64,000 nucleotides of DNA from Planctomycetota bacterium. GTDB lineage: Bacteria; Planctomycetota; SZUA-567; H5-PLA8. Below the pieces are notes generated by a model. It ran no database searches. It was given only the letters and a program-made list of their open reading frames with translations, and was not told the origin of the DNA. The stretch's first letter is position 1. Every line of letters begins with the position of its first letter. This document shows positions 9,352-19,467 of this stretch, in pieces. The stretch covers positions 143,331-207,330 of the forward strand of contig JBBRPR010000009.1 in assembly GCA_038227875.1 (NCBI GenBank), read 5' to 3'. The translations under genes were made by a program, and so were the position numbers.

Positions 9352-9840
9352 TCAATTGCAGATCCAGAAAATCGCCGCGACCAACAGCGTCCAGAACATC
9401 GCGGCCCCATAATCGGTGATGCCGAAAAGGCCCAGCACACCACCCCTCTCTTTGATGTCCGCTCGCGGTACGACCATGACCGCCATCAAGGCTCCGACGA
9501 GGTAGATCCCGAACCCCGAGCCCAGAGCACACAGAATCGCGAAGAAGATGCCCTCCAGATCATGGTGCCGGTGGGAGATCTGGCCTCCAACAAAGCCCAT
9601 CATTCCACCGACGACGACCGCAAAGGTGATCAGTCCGAAATTGAAGCCTCGCGCAGCGCGCGTTTCGCGATTCGCGGTCGCGGTTACCGCCAGTTGCGCC
9701 GGCACGGCTTCGGCCTCGGCCAGACACTTCTTACAGACGTGATGATCGGCCAGTTGCACGTCGCAGGCCTCGCAGATCAGATTTCCGCAGGACGCGCAGT
9801 GCAATTCCGCTTGCCGGTCCGCGTGCAGGTAGCAGTTCAT
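9352..9840 (-). CDS. B-box-like zinc finger membrane protein
   Basis: MNCYLH..CASC..CEAC..CKKC followed by about 3 TM helices. Confidence 0.72.
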   Translation of the reverse strand: MNCYLHADRQAELHCASCGNLICEACDVQLADHHVCKKCLAEAEAVPAQLAVTATANRETRAARGFNFGLITFAVVVGGMMGFVGGQISHRHHDLEGIFFAILCALGSGFGIYLVGALMAVMVVPRADIKERGGVLGLFGITDYGAAMFWTLLVAAIFWICN

Positions 9841-10131
9841 CGTTGAAATCCCAAGTTCGTATCGACCTCTACAATAGACCACGATTGCAAGGCGAATGCC
9901 ATCAGAAAGTATTCGCTTGGCGCCGTCGCATCTATCGCTCCGGCCATGGTTTGCGGGATTGAATCAGCCGGAGTGATAGGACGGTGAAACGCGGCCGATT
10001 AAAGATTCTTTCCGCGTGAGGTATTAAGAATCTTTAGCCCCCACGCATCAGACCCCCAGGCCCCGAGTTCTGGGGTCGACGGGAATACGTTCACTCTTGC
10101 ACCGCCACGCAATCGCGCGAAGATAGGACGC

Positions 10132-11058
10132 GTGAAAACGTCGGTCGTGATTCCCACCTTTAATGGCGGCGCGGAGATCGGTCCGCTGCTGGCCGCGCTG
10201 CGCGCGCAGCAGCCCAGGCCCCCGGACGAAATTCTCGCCATCGATTCCGGCTCGCGCGACAACACTTGCGAACTGGTCCGCAACGCCGGTGGCCGCGTGA
10301 TTGAATGGAAAGAGCGCTTCAACCACGGCCTGACGCGCGACGCCGGCATCGCCGCGTCCACCGGCGAGATCGTGCTGCTGACGGTTCAAGACGCCGTTCC
10401 GCTCAATACCGATTGGCTGGCTCGGATCGTGGCTCATTTTGAGGACGCGAAAGTCGGCGGCGTCAGTTCGCGCCAGATCCCGCCCGCCGATGGCCCGCTG
10501 GAATTGCAGATCAAGGCGAAGCTGGAAGCCGAAGCGATGCCACACCCGGTGCGCCTGAGCTTGAGTGAGCATCCCAACTACGCCACGTACACGCCTGCGC
10601 AGCGATTGGAACTCTACCGCTTCGACGACGTCTGTTCGGCGCTCCGCCGTTCGGCGTGGGAGAAAATTCCCTTCGGCCCGTGCCGCTACGCCGAGGATCT
10701 GCTCTGGGTGCGTCGTGCGCTGGAGGCCGGCTACACGATTGTGCGCGATCCGCACGCGCCGGTGATTCACGCGCACCGCCGGCGCTTCTGGTACGAGCTC
10801 CGCCGCGCGCTGCTCGACGCATGGGTGCTCGACGAGGCCTTCGGCTACCGCTACCGCCTCCGCGACAAACTCAACCGAGTCACACGCATCGCCGGGTCGA
10901 GCGACGGACCGCGGCCGACGTTCGGTTCACGGCTCGGTGCAATGAAAACGTATTCGGCGCACGTCCTCGGCCGGACGCTTTACAGCACGTACCGCGCGGT
11001 CGGTCGTCCGCTGGGGGTGGGGCAGGGGGCGATGGATTGGATGACGCGCGGGATCTGA
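10132..11058 (+). CDS. Glycosyltransferase family 2 (rhamnosyltransferase-like)
   Basis: SVVIPTFNG, IDSGSRD, FNHGLTR, VQDA, YAED motifs. Confidence 0.88.
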   Translation: MKTSVVIPTFNGGAEIGPLLAALRAQQPRPPDEILAIDSGSRDNTCELVRNAGGRVIEWKERFNHGLTRDAGIAASTGEIVLLTVQDAVPLNTDWLARIVAHFEDAKVGGVSSRQIPPADGPLELQIKAKLEAEAMPHPVRLSLSEHPNYATYTPAQRLELYRFDDVCSALRRSAWEKIPFGPCRYAEDLLWVRRALEAGYTIVRDPHAPVIHAHRRRFWYELRRALLDAWVLDEAFGYRYRLRDKLNRVTRIAGSSDGPRPTFGSRLGAMKTYSAHVLGRTLYSTYRAVGRPLGVGQGAMDWMTRGI

Positions 11059-11169
11059 ACGGAGACATCTCATTTTGTGATGGTGCCACTGATGCGCGGG
11101 CTCTTGAGCGTAGCGAAAGAGTCCGTTCATCCGTGCTAGACGCATTGAACTAGCGGTTCGCTGAAGTGA

Positions 11170-11227
11170 ACCCTGGCGCAAATTTGCGCCAGGGTACAGA
11201 CTGTTCAAGTTTCGGCACTCTCGTGCC
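11170..11227. repeat. REP-like palindromic element
   Basis: Perfect 26-bp palindrome ACCCTGGCGCAAATTTGCGCCAGGGT plus small hairpin GGCAC-tctc-GTGCC. Confidence 0.55.
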
Positions 11228-11310
11228 AGCTGTCACGAGGATCATTTTGACCCGCAAGTGATACACCAGTACTACAGGCAAATTTGCCTGAGGGTTATCA
11301 GGAGCCAACG

Positions 11311-11793
11311 ATGTTCACACTCAAACCCGCGCTCGAATCCGATATCCCGCTGCTGCTCAACTTCATCCGCGAACTGGCGGAGTTCGAGAAACGCGCGCAC
11401 GAAGTCGTCGCGACGGAAGCGTTGCTGCGCGAGAATTTCTTCGGCGCGAAAAAATGCGCGGACGCGGTGATCGGATATCTCGACGGCCAGCCCGTGGCGA
11501 TGGGCGTGTACTTCTTTACAATCTCGACGTTTCTCGGGCGGCCGGGGCTTTACGTGGAAGACGTTTACGTCCGTCCGGAATGCCGCAGCAAAGGACTGGG
11601 CAAGGCGATCTTCGAACATCTCGCGCGCGTGGCGGTCGAGCGCGGATGCGGGCGCATGGAATGGTCGGTGCTCGACTGGAATCAGAAGGCGATCGACTTC
11701 TACGACCGCCTCGGCGGCGTGCGGATTGACGAGTGGAAGAAGTACCGCCTGAGCGGCGCGGCGCTAGTGAAATTAGGCGCTTCGAAAAGTTAA
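11311..11793 (+). CDS. GNAT acetyltransferase (spermidine/diamine acetyltransferase-like)
   Basis: IRELAEFE, LYVEDVYV, RSKGLGK, WSVLDWN..AIDFY; GGAG RBS. Confidence 0.9.
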   Translation: MFTLKPALESDIPLLLNFIRELAEFEKRAHEVVATEALLRENFFGAKKCADAVIGYLDGQPVAMGVYFFTISTFLGRPGLYVEDVYVRPECRSKGLGKAIFEHLARVAVERGCGRMEWSVLDWNQKAIDFYDRLGGVRIDEWKKYRLSGAALVKLGASKS

Positions 11794-11916
11794 ATTTAAG
11801 AGTGAAAAACAGTGCTTTTATTGCCCTGCTTTGAGTGGCGCGGCGTGGCTATTTCTCGTAGAATTTCAGCACCAAATTGGACGTGAAGATTCGTTACGGA
11901 GAGCACCCGAAAAACC

Positions 11917-14682
11917 ATGCCACCGCCCACAGATCCGCCCGACGACAGCACCTATCAGACCAACGAATTACGCGACAATCACGGCGGCCGAATCGAAAAT
12001 CTGCTCATCGAAGATGAGCTGAAAGAAAGCTACCTGACGTACGCGATGTCGGTGATCGTCTCGCGCGCGCTGCCCGATGCCCGCGACGGACTGAAGCCCT
12101 CGCAGCGCCGCGTGCTGATGGCGATGAACGACTTGAATCTGGGGCCGCGGTCCAAGCACAGAAAGTGCGCCAAGATCTGCGGCGACACCAGCGGTAATTA
12201 CCATCCGCACGGTGAATCGGTGATCTACCCGACGCTCACGCGCATGGCCCAGTACTGGAACACGCGCTACACGCTCGTCGACGGACAGGGCAACTTCGGT
12301 TCGGTCAATCCCGATCCGCCGGCCGCGATGCGATACACCGAAGCGCGCATGACCGGTCCCACCGTCGACATGTTCGACGATCTGGAACGCGACACCGTAG
12401 ACCTCGTCCCCAATTACGACGAAACACGCACCGAACCGACCGTGCTGCCGGGCCGCTTTCCCAATCTGCTCGTCAACGGCGCGCAGGGCATCGCCGTCGG
12501 CATGGCCACGCAGATTCCGCCGCACAACCTGCGGGAAATCTGCGATGCGCTCGTTCACCTGATCGAAAATCCCGACTGCTCCGTCTACGACCTGATGCAG
12601 CACGTCAAAGGTCCGGACTTTCCGACCGGCGGCATGATCTGCGGCCGCGAAGGCATCGACCAGGCCTTCCAGACCGGCCGCGGGCATTTGACGCTGCGCG
12701 CCAAGGTCGAATTCGAAATGGAAAAGGACCGCGAGAAAATCGTCGTCCTCGAAATTCCCTACCAGGTCGGCTTGACCCGCCTGTGCGAAAAGATCGTCGA
12801 AGCGGTGAAGGCCGACCGCATCAAGGGCATCAGCGACGTCCGCGATGAAAGCAGCAAGGAAGGCCTGCGCGTTGTCGTTGAACTCAAGCGCGGCGAAAAC
12901 CGCGACGTGGTTTTGAATCAGCTCTACAAGTACACGCCGCTGGAAACGACCTTCGCGGTCAACACGCTGGCGCTCGTTCGTGGCCGGCCGCGCGTGCTGA
13001 ACCTCAAGCAGATGCTCGAGCAGTACCGCGAACACCGCAAGGAAGTGATTACGCGGCGCACGCGCTTTTTGCTCGCGCAGGCCGAAGAACACGCCCACAT
13101 ACTCGAAGGCAAGATCATCGCCGTCGATCACATCGACGAAGTGATCAAGATCATCCGCGCCGCGAAGGACGCTGAAGTCGCGCGCGACAACTTGATCGCG
13201 CGCTTTGAGCTCACGCCGCGGCAGGCGAAGGCGATTCTGGACATGTCGCTGCGCGCGCTGACGGGCTTGGAACGCGACAAGCTGAAAACCGAGTACGCGG
13301 AAGTGCAGGACCGCATCCGCGACTACCAGTCGATTCTCTCCGACGTCAACCGCGTGCTCGATATCATCAAAGAAGACCTCTTTGAGATGAAGGAGAAGTA
13401 CGGCGACGACCGTCGCACGATCCTGGTCGGCGCGGCGGGCGATATTTCCGCGATGGACTTGGTCGCCGACGAAGTGATGGCCGTGACCATCTCCCATAAG
13501 GGATACGTCAAGCGCGAACCGCTGGCCAGCTACCGCCTGCAATCGCGCGGCGGCAAGGGGATCATCGGCGCCCGCAGCAAGGACGACGAGGATTTCCCCG
13601 AGAACATCTTCATCGCGAGCACGCACGATTACCTGTTGTTCTTCACGAACGACGGGCGCGTGTACTGGCAGAAAGTGTATGACCTCCCGCAGCTCGGCCG
13701 CATGGCGCAGGGGCGCGCGATCGTCAATCTGCTCGAACTAAAAGGTGAGCAGAAAGTGGTCTCGATCGTGCCGGTCAAGAATTTCGAAGAGGACGCGTCG
13801 ATCTTCCTCGTCAGCCGCCAGGGCTACATGAAGAAGTGCCGCCTGAGCGAATACAAGAACCCGCGCCGCGACGGCATCGCCACGATGGGCTTGGAAGAAG
13901 GCGATCACATCATGGCCGCGCGATTCGTGCGCCGCAATCAGGAAGTGGTGCTCTGCACGCGCATGGGCATGGCGGTGCGCATCGATGAAACGGTTGTGCG
14001 CGACATGGGCCGCACGGCCCGCGGCGTCAACGGTCCGCACCTGCAGGAAAACGACAGCATTGTCAGCGTCGTCGTCGGCCAGCCTGGCGACTACCTGCTG
14101 ACGGTCTGCGAAAAGGGCGTGGGCAAGCGCAGCCAGATCGACGAATACCGCAAGACCGGCACGCAGCGCGCCAAGGGCGTGATCAATGTGAAGATCACCG
14201 AGAAGAACGGACCCGTCGTTGCCGTGATCGCCGTGAAGGAAGGCGACGAGCTGATGCTGATGGCCGAAAAGGGAAAAGTCATCCGCTCGAAGATCGACGA
14301 CGTCCGCGAAACCGGCCGCAGCGCCATCGGCGTGTACCTGATGGATCTGGAAGACGATGACAAGGTCGTCAGCGTCGCCAAGATCGCCGCCGAAGACGCC
14401 GAAGCCGCTCACGAACAAGCCGCCGCGCGCAAGGCCGAAGAAGCCGACCAGAAGGAACGCGACGGCACGACGATCAAGAAAAAGGATAGCTCCGCTGACG
14501 CCGAAGCAACTACTCCTGCGGACGAAGCTCCGAAAGTGGAAGGCACTCCCGATCAGGTGAATGATCTGGTCGACCGCGCCGACGCGGACGCCGAGGCCAA
14601 AGAGCAGGAAAAGAAGGCCGCGGAAGAGAAGCAGAAGGAAGAAGAGTCCGGCGAGAAGGAAGAAGGTAGCGAAGAGAAGTAA
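11917..14682 (+). CDS. gyrA: DNA gyrase subunit A
   Basis: [24 protein letters not shown] (catalytic Tyr), GyrA-box QSRGGKG at 13540-13560, pinwheel repeats, acidic tail. Confidence 0.97.
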   Translation: MPPPTDPPDDSTYQTNELRDNHGGRIENLLIEDELKESYLTYAMSVIVSRALPDARDGLKPSQRRVLMAMNDLNLGPRSKHRKCAKICGDTSGNYHPHGESVIYPTLTRMAQYWNTRYTLVDGQGNFGSVNPDPPAAMRYTEARMTGPTVDMFDDLERDTVDLVPNYDETRTEPTVLPGRFPNLLVNGAQGIAVGMATQIPPHNLREICDALVHLIENPDCSVYDLMQHVKGPDFPTGGMICGREGIDQAFQTGRGHLTLRAKVEFEMEKDREKIVVLEIPYQVGLTRLCEKIVEAVKADRIKGISDVRDESSKEGLRVVVELKRGENRDVVLNQLYKYTPLETTFAVNTLALVRGRPRVLNLKQMLEQYREHRKEVITRRTRFLLAQAEEHAHILEGKIIAVDHIDEVIKIIRAAKDAEVARDNLIARFELTPRQAKAILDMSLRALTGLERDKLKTEYAEVQDRIRDYQSILSDVNRVLDIIKEDLFEMKEKYGDDRRTILVGAAGDISAMDLVADEVMAVTISHKGYVKREPLASYRLQSRGGKGIIGARSKDDEDFPENIFIASTHDYLLFFTNDGRVYWQKVYDLPQLGRMAQGRAIVNLLELKGEQKVVSIVPVKNFEEDASIFLVSRQGYMKKCRLSEYKNPRRDGIATMGLEEGDHIMAARFVRRNQEVVLCTRMGMAVRIDETVVRDMGRTARGVNGPHLQENDSIVSVVVGQPGDYLLTVCEKGVGKRSQIDEYRKTGTQRAKGVINVKITEKNGPVVAVIAVKEGDELMLMAEKGKVIRSKIDDVRETGRSAIGVYLMDLEDDDKVVSVAKIAAEDAEAAHEQAAARKAEEADQKERDGTTIKKKDSSADAEATTPADEAPKVEGTPDQVNDLVDRADADAEAKEQEKKAAEEKQKEEESGEKEEGSEEK

Positions 14683-14823
14683 GTCGCAAATTCGCGAGTC
14701 AGAGCCGAGGGTGGCCCGGTGCAGCCAATTGTTTTTCACCGGACTGCCAGGCGGTACGTGACTATTTGAATTGCAATGCCAGATGAAATATCTCAGAGAC
14801 GTCTAGTCGCGCTTCTTCCGCCT

Positions 14824-14945
14824 GGACCCCAAAGGGGTCCGTTTTCACTAGCGAAGGGCGGCGCAGGATCGGCGCGAATGCGCCGGTCCTGCGCCGCCCT
14901 GGAAAAAAGTACGCCACAATTTTATTGTCCTGAAGGGACAATTTA
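14824..14945. repeat. Left REP-like multi-hairpin cassette flanking Y1 transposase
   Basis: GGACCCC-aaa-GGGGTCC; 21-bp stem with GAAT loop; TGTCCTGAAGGGACA; inverted counterpart at 15421-15542. Confidence 0.8.
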
Positions 14946-14957
14946 GGAGGCGCGCCA

Positions 14958-15410
14958 ATGCCGCAATCTCTCACCAAAATCCTTATTCATATTGTATTCA
15001 GTACGAAAGACCGGATTCCGATGATCGACAAGGCTATCGAAACTCAGTTGCATGCGTACATGGCGGCAATTTTTCGCGACCTTGATTCACCCATACTGAT
15101 AATCGGTGGCCGTCCCGATCATGTTCACGTTCTCGCGTCGATGTGTCGAACGCGTGCATTGTCCGACGTCATCAAGAAGGTCAAAGGCGAATCGTCAAAG
15201 TGGATCAAGACCAAGGGCGATCCGTATCGTCGATTTTTCTGGCAAGCTGGATTTGGCGCATTTTCAGTCAGCGAATCGCTGGTTGAAAAGGTTGAAAAAT
15301 ATATCCGCGAGCAAGACATCCATCACGACGGTGCCTCATTCAAGAGTGAAATGCGCGGCCTATTTCGCAAACACGGAATAGCCTACGATGAGCGATACGT
15401 TTGGGATTGA
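14958..15410 (+). mobile_element. tnpA: IS200/IS605-family Y1 HUH transposase (TnpA, RAYT-like), no TnpB
   Basis: HIVFSTKDR, DHVH (HUH), FWQAGFGAFSVS, YIxxQ catalytic Tyr; lower GC than neighbours. Confidence 0.9.
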
Positions 15411-15420
15411 AACCCGTTTA

Positions 15421-15542
15421 TTAAACTGTCCCTTTAGGACAACAGACGGTCGCGGGCCCTTTTACCAGGGCGGCGCCGAATTGACGCATTCGCGTCAACT
15501 CGGCTTGCCCTTCGCTGTTGAAAACGGACCCCGTTGGGGTCG
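15421..15542. repeat. Right REP-like multi-hairpin cassette (inverted copy of left cassette)
   Basis: Reverse complement aligns with 14824-14945; same three hairpins. Confidence 0.8.
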
Positions 15543-15753
15543 GAGCGTCGTTCAGCGCCGTACAGTTAGTGCGGCTATCCTTTGGATGCCACTGTTCATA
15601 TACTGCCCCACAAAACCTCACTTGTTTTCATTCAAACAATTAAATATCCCACCTTAATAGATGCGATAGGCTGAACGCTTACTGACCCGCGCACTTTTTT
15701 AAAAACAGTCTGTCTCAAAAGCCCTCCGCCGGGATTTAGGCATTGGGTGCAAA

Positions 15754-17479
15754 ATGGTGACGATGACAGCGACAACTCCATACAACTCCACAGTGAAAGC
15801 GCTGGCGCAACTGGCGCGCACACGCGATCCGGATGCCTGGGGCTACCTGCTGCAGCAGCACGGTTTTTCGATGCTGCAGGTGGCCGGCCGCATTACCGGA
15901 GACGTGGCGCTGGCGGAAGATGTCTGCCAGGAAACGCTGCTGCAGTTGCGCGATTTCGCGGGCAAGTTTAAGCCGCGGGAGAGCGATCCGGAGGGTTCGG
16001 CGCGCGCGTGGATTCTGCACGTGACTTGCAACACCGCGCTGAAACTCAAGCGCAGTCGGCAGCGCGCGCAACATCACCACAGCGAGGCCGCGCAGATGCA
16101 GACCGATCCGGCAGCACAGCAACAGCAGAACGCCGCCCGCGAGAAACTTGCAGCCGCTGTCCGCGCCGAACTTCAGCAGCTTCCCGAAGCCTTCCAGCAG
16201 CCGCTCGCCTTGCGTTATTACGGCGGCCTGGATGTCCGTGACGTCGCCGGTCAACTGCGGCTCTCGGAAGAGGCCGCGCGCAAACGCATCAGCCGCGGAC
16301 TTGAGCAGCTCCGCAAGCGCCTGGCGCTGCTGGGGCTCACGCTGGCCGAGGCCGAACTCGTGGCCCTCTGTTCGGCGGAAATCGCAGAAGCCGCCGGAAC
16401 CGCCGGACACCTGTCGCTGTCATCGCATCATCTTGCCCAGTGGAAGGGCTTACTCACAAGCCCGCAACACGCGGCGCTCAACGCGCTGGCGTCAACTGGA
16501 GGCATGACTGTCATGGCCAAATGTGCAATCGGGATCACCGCGCTGGTACTCGCCGGCGTAGTGGGAATTCAGGCTCGAAAAACGTGGACCAGCGAAACAC
16601 CGGCGGCGCCCGCTGCGATCCAGACTCAGATCATCGCCGATGCTGCGCCGCAAGTGACGACGACGTTGACGGTCAAAGGCGATGAGAAGAAATATCCGTT
16701 CGTAATTCCGATAGAACTCGGCGACCGGTCGTTCCTGCCCGGTGACAACATCGTCATCCACGAAATCCGCGGCACGCAGGCCGACTATGGAAAGGGCGGA
16801 GAATTTCAGGTCTGCGGGATGTACACACTGGCGTCGGCGGAGCGAGCCGGGCTCAATCTGCCGTACATTGGCGGTTATAGCTCCATCTCGATCACCAAAG
16901 GCTCGGCGCCATTCTTCTTGACCTTTGCTCATGACGGATCCGTCTTTCCACGTTTGGAAATTGTTGGTGAAAAACTCAGCTCAGCGCTCGGCGGCCAGTT
17001 TTTCGGCAAGGGGTTGTCGGCGTTCAAAACCGAACGCCTTACGGAAAAAATTCCATTCGCCATCGGGAATTCAAAATTTCAAGCCGGCGATTCCATCGTG
17101 ATCACGTCAGTGGAATCCGACCGTAAGGATTTTGAAATCGGCGGCACCTATCGTGTCTCCGGCACCTACACGCTGGCGTCGCGCGCGGACGGCGGAGTGG
17201 TCATCTTCGGCACCACCCAAACGATTCAACCCGACGCGACATGGGGGCATCGACTATATCCAGCACGCTACCAAAGGAGCCGGCACCTTCGCGCTCACGT
17301 TCAAGCTCATCGGAGCCTGCTGGCCGCACGTCAGCTTCTATCCGAGTGGCGGCGGGAATTCCTTTGGCGGCATCTATTTTGGAAGTGGAGAGTTCCTGAA
17401 GAAAGCGTCCGACGACGACCTCTCGCCCCAAACCCCGCAGACGCCGCAAACGCCTCCGAATAAGCAGGATGACTTTTAA
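15754..17479 (+). CDS. ECF sigma factor fused to TM helix and two tandem beta-rich extracytoplasmic domains; apparent frameshift near 17243-17247
   Basis: AEDVCQET, sigma4 ARKRISRGLEQLR; TM AIGITALVLAGVVGI; duplicated FxxGDxIVI...GxYTLAS domain; second copy continues in the frame ending at 17479. Confidence 0.8.
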
Positions 17480-17490
17480 AATACGTCATG

Positions 17491-17522
17491 AAAAAAACGC
17501 GCCGCAATTTGCGGCGCGTTTC
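17491..17522. terminator. Bidirectional intrinsic terminator
   Basis: AAACGCGCCGCAA-t-TTGCGGCGCGTTT with A7 on the left, between convergent genes. Confidence 0.8.
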
Positions 17523-17526
17523 CTAC

Positions 17527-17572
17527 TCGACATTCGACATTCGACATTCGACATTCGCCATTCGAAATTCGC
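17527..17572 (-). repeat. Heptamer tandem repeat (CATTCGA)x~6 directly after ABC-F stop codon
   Basis: tcgacat tcgacat tcgacat tcgacat tcgccat tcgaaat tcgc. Confidence 0.9.
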
Positions 17573-17573
17573 A

Positions 17574-19391
17574 CTACTTCTGCTTCTGCTCCAACTCTTC
17601 CCACCGCGTGTAGAGCGTCTCGATCCGAGTTTGCGCTTCAGCCAGGGCAGTGCAGACGTCCTGCAGGCGTTTGGTGTCGGCGGCCACGGCGGGGTCTTCG
17701 AGTTCCTTCTGGCGCGCGGCGACGGCGGACTCCGCGTCCTGGATCGCGGCTTCCATTTCGTCGAGTTCCTTCTGTTCCTTGTACGACAGTTTCTTCGACG
17801 GCTTGGGCGGAATGGGTTCCCGCTTGACGGATGACTTGGGCCGGTCGACGGTGCGGGCTTCGGCGCGCGTTTCTTCGCGCGCGTTCTCCCACTGCGTGTA
17901 ATCGGTGTACTGATTCACGCCGCCCTTACCGTCGAATCCGAGAATGTCCGACGACAAACGGCGCAGCATGTACCGGTCGTGCGTCACCAGCACCACGGCG
18001 CCGGGGAAATCGGCGAGGCTGTCTTCGAGTACTTCAAGCGACGGAATGTCCAGATCGTTGGTGGGCTCGTCGAGCAGCAGCAGATCAGCCGGGCGAAGCA
18101 TCAAGCGCGCAATTAGGATGCGCGCCTGTTCGCCGCCGGAGAGACTCTTGACCGGCATGTCGAGCTGTTCGATGCAGAACAAAAAGCGCTTGGCCCACGC
18201 GGTCACGTGCGTCGCCTGCTCGCGGAACCAGACGGTGTCGCCGGTCGGCGCGAGCGCTTTGCGCAAAGTCACTTCCTTGTCGAGCTGCTCGCGATTCTGA
18301 TCGAACCAGACCACGCGCAACTTGTCCGCGCGTTCGACTGTGCCGCTGTCCGGCTCGAGATCGCCGGCGAGCAGCCGCAGGAAAGTCGTCTTGCCCGTGC
18401 CGTTGCGGCCCAGCAGTCCCAGCTTCATGCCGGGTGACAGGACGATGTCGAGATTTTCGATCAGCGTGCGTTCGCCCAGGCTTTTGTTGACGCCTTTCAT
18501 CACCACGAGCTTATTGGCCTGGCGGTCAGTCGAGGTGAAATCGATCTTCACCGTTCCGCCCTGCGAATTGCGGAACTTCGTCGCCGCCAGTTCGCCGATC
18601 AGGCGTCCCGCCTCTTCGATGCGAGCGCGAGACTTGGTCGTGCGCGCGGGAGGTCCGCGCCGCAGCCACTCGACTTCGCGGCGCACTTTGCTTTCCAGCG
18701 CGCGCTGCGCGGTCAGCTGGCCGCTGAGGAATTCGTCGCGCTTGATCAGGAAGTCGCTGTACTTGCCGACGCTGGTGTAAAAACCTTCGGGATACGCGCG
18801 GTTCAATTCAAAGACGCGGTTAGCGGTGTTCTCCAGGAAGTAGCGGTCGTGGCTCACCAATAGCGTCGCGAACGGCGCGTTGGAAAGAAACTTTTCCAGC
18901 CAGAGAATGCCTTCGAGATCAAGATGATTGGTCGGCTCGTCCATCAGGAGCAGATCGGGATTGCGCACGAGTTCGCGGGCGATCGCGACGCGTTTGCGCC
19001 AGCCGCCGGAGAGCGTCGAGATCGGCGCGTCGCGCCAGTCCTCAGCAAAACTGATGCGGCCAAAAATCGCGTTGATGCGGTTGGACTGCTCGCGCTCGTC
19101 GAGATGTTCCTCGGCCACGGCAGCAATCAGGATGCTTTCGGGCGTGTCGTCGGGATTGAACGTGTCGGTCTGCGGCACGTAACCCATGCGCAGTCCTCGA
19201 CGGAGACTTAAAATACCGCTGTCGGATTCTTCGAGGCCGGCCAGGATTTTCAGCAGCGTCGATTTGCCCGACCCGTTGGGGCCGACAATGCCGAGCCGCT
19301 CGCCGTCGTTCATGCCGAACGTCAGGTTTTCAAACAGGAGCCGTGTGCCGAACGTTTTCCCGATGGATTGACAACTGAACAGGACTGCCAT
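17574..19391 (-). CDS. uup: ABC-F family ATPase, Uup-like
   Basis: Two ABC domains (GPNGSGKS, LSGGW, DEPTNHLD; GRNGTGKT, LSGGE), ARTTKSRARI linker, KKLSYKEQKEL C-terminal coiled coil; no TM. Confidence 0.88.
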   Translation of the reverse strand: MAVLFSCQSIGKTFGTRLLFENLTFGMNDGERLGIVGPNGSGKSTLLKILAGLEESDSGILSLRRGLRMGYVPQTDTFNPDDTPESILIAAVAEEHLDEREQSNRINAIFGRISFAEDWRDAPISTLSGGWRKRVAIARELVRNPDLLLMDEPTNHLDLEGILWLEKFLSNAPFATLLVSHDRYFLENTANRVFELNRAYPEGFYTSVGKYSDFLIKRDEFLSGQLTAQRALESKVRREVEWLRRGPPARTTKSRARIEEAGRLIGELAATKFRNSQGGTVKIDFTSTDRQANKLVVMKGVNKSLGERTLIENLDIVLSPGMKLGLLGRNGTGKTTFLRLLAGDLEPDSGTVERADKLRVVWFDQNREQLDKEVTLRKALAPTGDTVWFREQATHVTAWAKRFLFCIEQLDMPVKSLSGGEQARILIARLMLRPADLLLLDEPTNDLDIPSLEVLEDSLADFPGAVVLVTHDRYMLRRLSSDILGFDGKGGVNQYTDYTQWENAREETRAEARTVDRPKSSVKREPIPPKPSKKLSYKEQKELDEMEAAIQDAESAVAARQKELEDPAVAADTKRLQDVCTALAEAQTRIETLYTRWEELEQKQK

Positions 19392-19467
19392 TGCTGCAAA
19401 TTTCCAAAACGTGCCGAGTCTGACTTCACAGCACATCTTATAGCGGCACAGGCACGCGTTTACACTC

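Noticed and set aside
11968..13626. 552-aa minus-strand ORF
   Set aside because: Antisense shadow of gyrA.
11917..14682. parC assignment
   Set aside because: The intact GyrA-box and acidic tail support gyrA.
14683..14820. SRP RNA or tRNA after gyrA
   Set aside because: No SRP domain IV core or cloverleaf recognised.
15411..15753. TnpB/omega-RNA downstream of tnpA
   Set aside because: No RuvC/zinc-finger ORF follows; the structure is explained by the inverted cassette.
17527..17572. CRISPR array
   Set aside because: 7-bp tandem unit without spacers; no cas genes or spaced repeats seen in the window.
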